The position numbers and the translations under genes are program-made. Below, in pieces: positions 62,265 to 64,000 of a stretch of DNA of 64,000 bases. A model generated the notes under the pieces. That model made no database searches. It had not been told where the DNA came from and saw nothing but the letters and a program-made list of their open reading frames with translations. This stretch comes from Comamonadaceae bacterium (GTDB lineage: Bacteria > Pseudomonadota > Gammaproteobacteria > Burkholderiales > Burkholderiaceae_C): positions 5,331 through 69,330 of the forward strand of contig CANHDQ010000001.1 of NCBI GenBank assembly GCA_947459405.1, given 5' to 3'. Each line of letters starts with the position of its first letter. Positions within the stretch are counted from its first letter, which is position 1.

Positions 62265-63248
62265 ATGCGCCTTGCTTTTGCCGGCACCCCCGAATTTGCC
62301 CAGCGGGCTCTCGAACGCCTGCATCAGGCCGGCTTTGAAATCGCGCTGGTGCTGACCCAGCCCGACCGGCCCGCCGGCCGCGGCATGAAGCTGCAGGCCT
62401 CGCCGGTCAAGCAATACGCGCTGAGCCACGCGATGCCGGTGGCGCAGCCCCGCAGCCTGCGCCTGGACGGCAAATACACCGACGACGCAGCGGCCGCGCG
62501 CCAGGCGCTGCTGGCCGCACGGCCCGATGCAATGGTGGTGGCCGCCTATGGGCTGATCCTGCCGCAGTGGGTGCTGGACCTGCCTCGCCTGGGCTGCCTG
62601 AACATCCACGCCTCGCTGCTGCCGCGCTGGCGCGGCGCCGCACCCATCCACCGCGCGATCGAGGCCGGCGATGCCCAAACCGGCGTGACCATCATGCAGA
62701 TGGACGCCGGCCTGGACACGGGCGACATGCTCTTGATGCAGGCACTGGACATCGCGCCGCAGGACACCACGGCGAGCTTGCACGACAAGCTCGCAGCGCT
62801 GGGCGCCGAGCTCATCGTGCAGGCCTTGCAGCAGGTTCAGGCGCTGCCCAGAAAACCCCAGCCGGCCCAAGGCCAGACCTATGCCGCCAAGATCGACAAG
62901 GCCGAAGCCGCGCTCGACTGGCGCGAGCCGGCGGCCGTGCTTGAGCGGCGCATCCGCGCCTTCACACCGGCGCCCGGCGCCAGCGCCACGATAGGCGGCG
63001 TGGCCCTCAAACTGTGGCGCGCCAGCGTTCAGCCGGATGTGCCGCCGAACATGGCGCCACACGTGCAGTTGCCCCCTGGCACGGTGCTCAGTGCCAGCGC
63101 CGACGGCGTGGATGTGGCCACCGGTGAGGGGGTGCTGCGCCTGCTGAGCCTGCAAAAGCCGGGCGGCAAGCCGCTTCAGGCCGGCGAGTTTGCGCGCGGC
63201 TTTGCCATCGCCGCGGGCCAGCGCTTCGAACCCAAGGCCAGCGCGTGA
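62265..63248 (+). CDS. fmt: Methionyl-tRNA formyltransferase
   Basis: [34 protein letters not shown]. Confidence 0.97.
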   Translation: MRLAFAGTPEFAQRALERLHQAGFEIALVLTQPDRPAGRGMKLQASPVKQYALSHAMPVAQPRSLRLDGKYTDDAAAARQALLAARPDAMVVAAYGLILPQWVLDLPRLGCLNIHASLLPRWRGAAPIHRAIEAGDAQTGVTIMQMDAGLDTGDMLLMQALDIAPQDTTASLHDKLAALGAELIVQALQQVQALPRKPQPAQGQTYAAKIDKAEAALDWREPAAVLERRIRAFTPAPGASATIGGVALKLWRASVQPDVPPNMAPHVQLPPGTVLSASADGVDVATGEGVLRLLSLQKPGGKPLQAGEFARGFAIAAGQRFEPKASA

Positions 63249-63973
63249 CCCGCTGGTGGCGCGACGAGCACCTGCTGCTGGGCATGCGCGACATGGCCAG
63301 CATCTGCCCGGGCATGGGGGCGTGGGGCCTGATGACCGGCGTGGCCATGGTGCAATCCAATCTGAGCACGCTCGAGCTGGTGCTGATGGCCCTGTTCGTC
63401 TTTGCCGGCAGCTCACAACTGGCCGCCCTGCCCCTGATCGCAGCGGGCGCGCCGCTTTGGGTGGTGCTGGCCACGGCCTTTTGCGTCAATTTGCGATTCG
63501 TCGTCTTCAGCGCCCACCTGCGCGACTTCATGATGGACCTGCCGCTGCCGCAGCGCCTGCTGCGCGGCTACGCCACGGCCGATCTGTCCTACATGCTGAT
63601 GCTGCGCCACTGGCCACAAGCGGCGCCCGATGTGGCCGGGCGCGCGCAGCAGCGCAGCTACTTGGCCGGCAGCGGCCTGCTGGCCTGGATCTGCTGGAGC
63701 GCCGCCAGCTTGCTCGGCGCGGCCTTTGCCAGCTCCATCCCCACCTCCTGGGGCCTGGGCTTTGCCGGCACGCTGGCGCTGACGGGCATCGTGTGGGCCC
63801 TGACGCACAACACCATGCGCGTGCTCGCATTGGTCGTTGCAGGCAGCGCCGCAGTGGCCGCCTTTGCCTTGCCGCTCAAGCTCAACATCGTGGTGGCGAT
63901 CGCGGCCGCGGTGTGCGTGTGCATGGTGCTCGAGCAACTGCATCCGGCGCTGCGCGAAAGGTCCGAGCCATGA
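63245..63973 (+). CDS. azlC: AzlC family branched-chain amino acid exporter permease
   Basis: [13 protein letters not shown]; multiple TMs. Confidence 0.88.
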   Translation: MTRWWRDEHLLLGMRDMASICPGMGAWGLMTGVAMVQSNLSTLELVLMALFVFAGSSQLAALPLIAAGAPLWVVLATAFCVNLRFVVFSAHLRDFMMDLPLPQRLLRGYATADLSYMLMLRHWPQAAPDVAGRAQQRSYLAGSGLLAWICWSAASLLGAAFASSIPTSWGLGFAGTLALTGIVWALTHNTMRVLALVVAGSAAVAAFALPLKLNIVVAIAAAVCVCMVLEQLHPALRERSEP

Positions 63974-64000
63974 CCGGCGAAACCGACGGCTGGACCGTCC
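63970..64000 (+). CDS. Probable AzlD partner (5' fragment)
   Basis: ATGA overlap with azlC stop, [10 protein letters not shown]...; only 10 codons visible, call rests on synteny. Confidence 0.5.
   Translation, partial: MTGETDGWTV

Overview
GC-rich betaproteobacterial chromosome segment; gene content and order suggest Burkholderiales/Comamonadaceae. It holds about 63 CDS, mostly housekeeping: radA, panE, alr, lplT, mtnN, holA-lptE-leuS-exbBD-dapB-bamE/fur, hprK-ptsN-hpf, corA, purB, glnE-yhdP-nit, mltA, yajC-secDF, smg-dprA/def-fmt and azlCD. I saw no tRNA, rRNA, CRISPR array, transposase or phage genes. Two accessory modules stand out. (1) A lower protocatechuate 4,5-cleavage cluster (ligJ-ligK-ligI) that lacks the dioxygenase, dehydrogenase and tautomerase but carries a signal-peptide-less ModA-like protein and a DUF1932 oxidoreductase. 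(2) A coupled lipid-modification operon (FAD oxidoreductase, DUF1365, cfa-like methyltransferase, chalcone-isomerase-like protein, MFS, DUF3833, SDR, SnoaL) resembling furan-fatty-acid pathway genes, preceded by an exported glutathione peroxidase, tandem palindromic sites and a candidate CU-rich structured RNA. Non-coding signals include a yybP-ykoY (Mn2+) riboswitch with terminator before terC, a candidate 7-codon leader peptide before corA, two palindromic repeat elements, a collapsed LuxR-HTH remnant, and a recurring -10 box 6-8 nt before start codons that suggests many leaderless mRNAs. All family assignments come from motif recognition by eye, not database searches.
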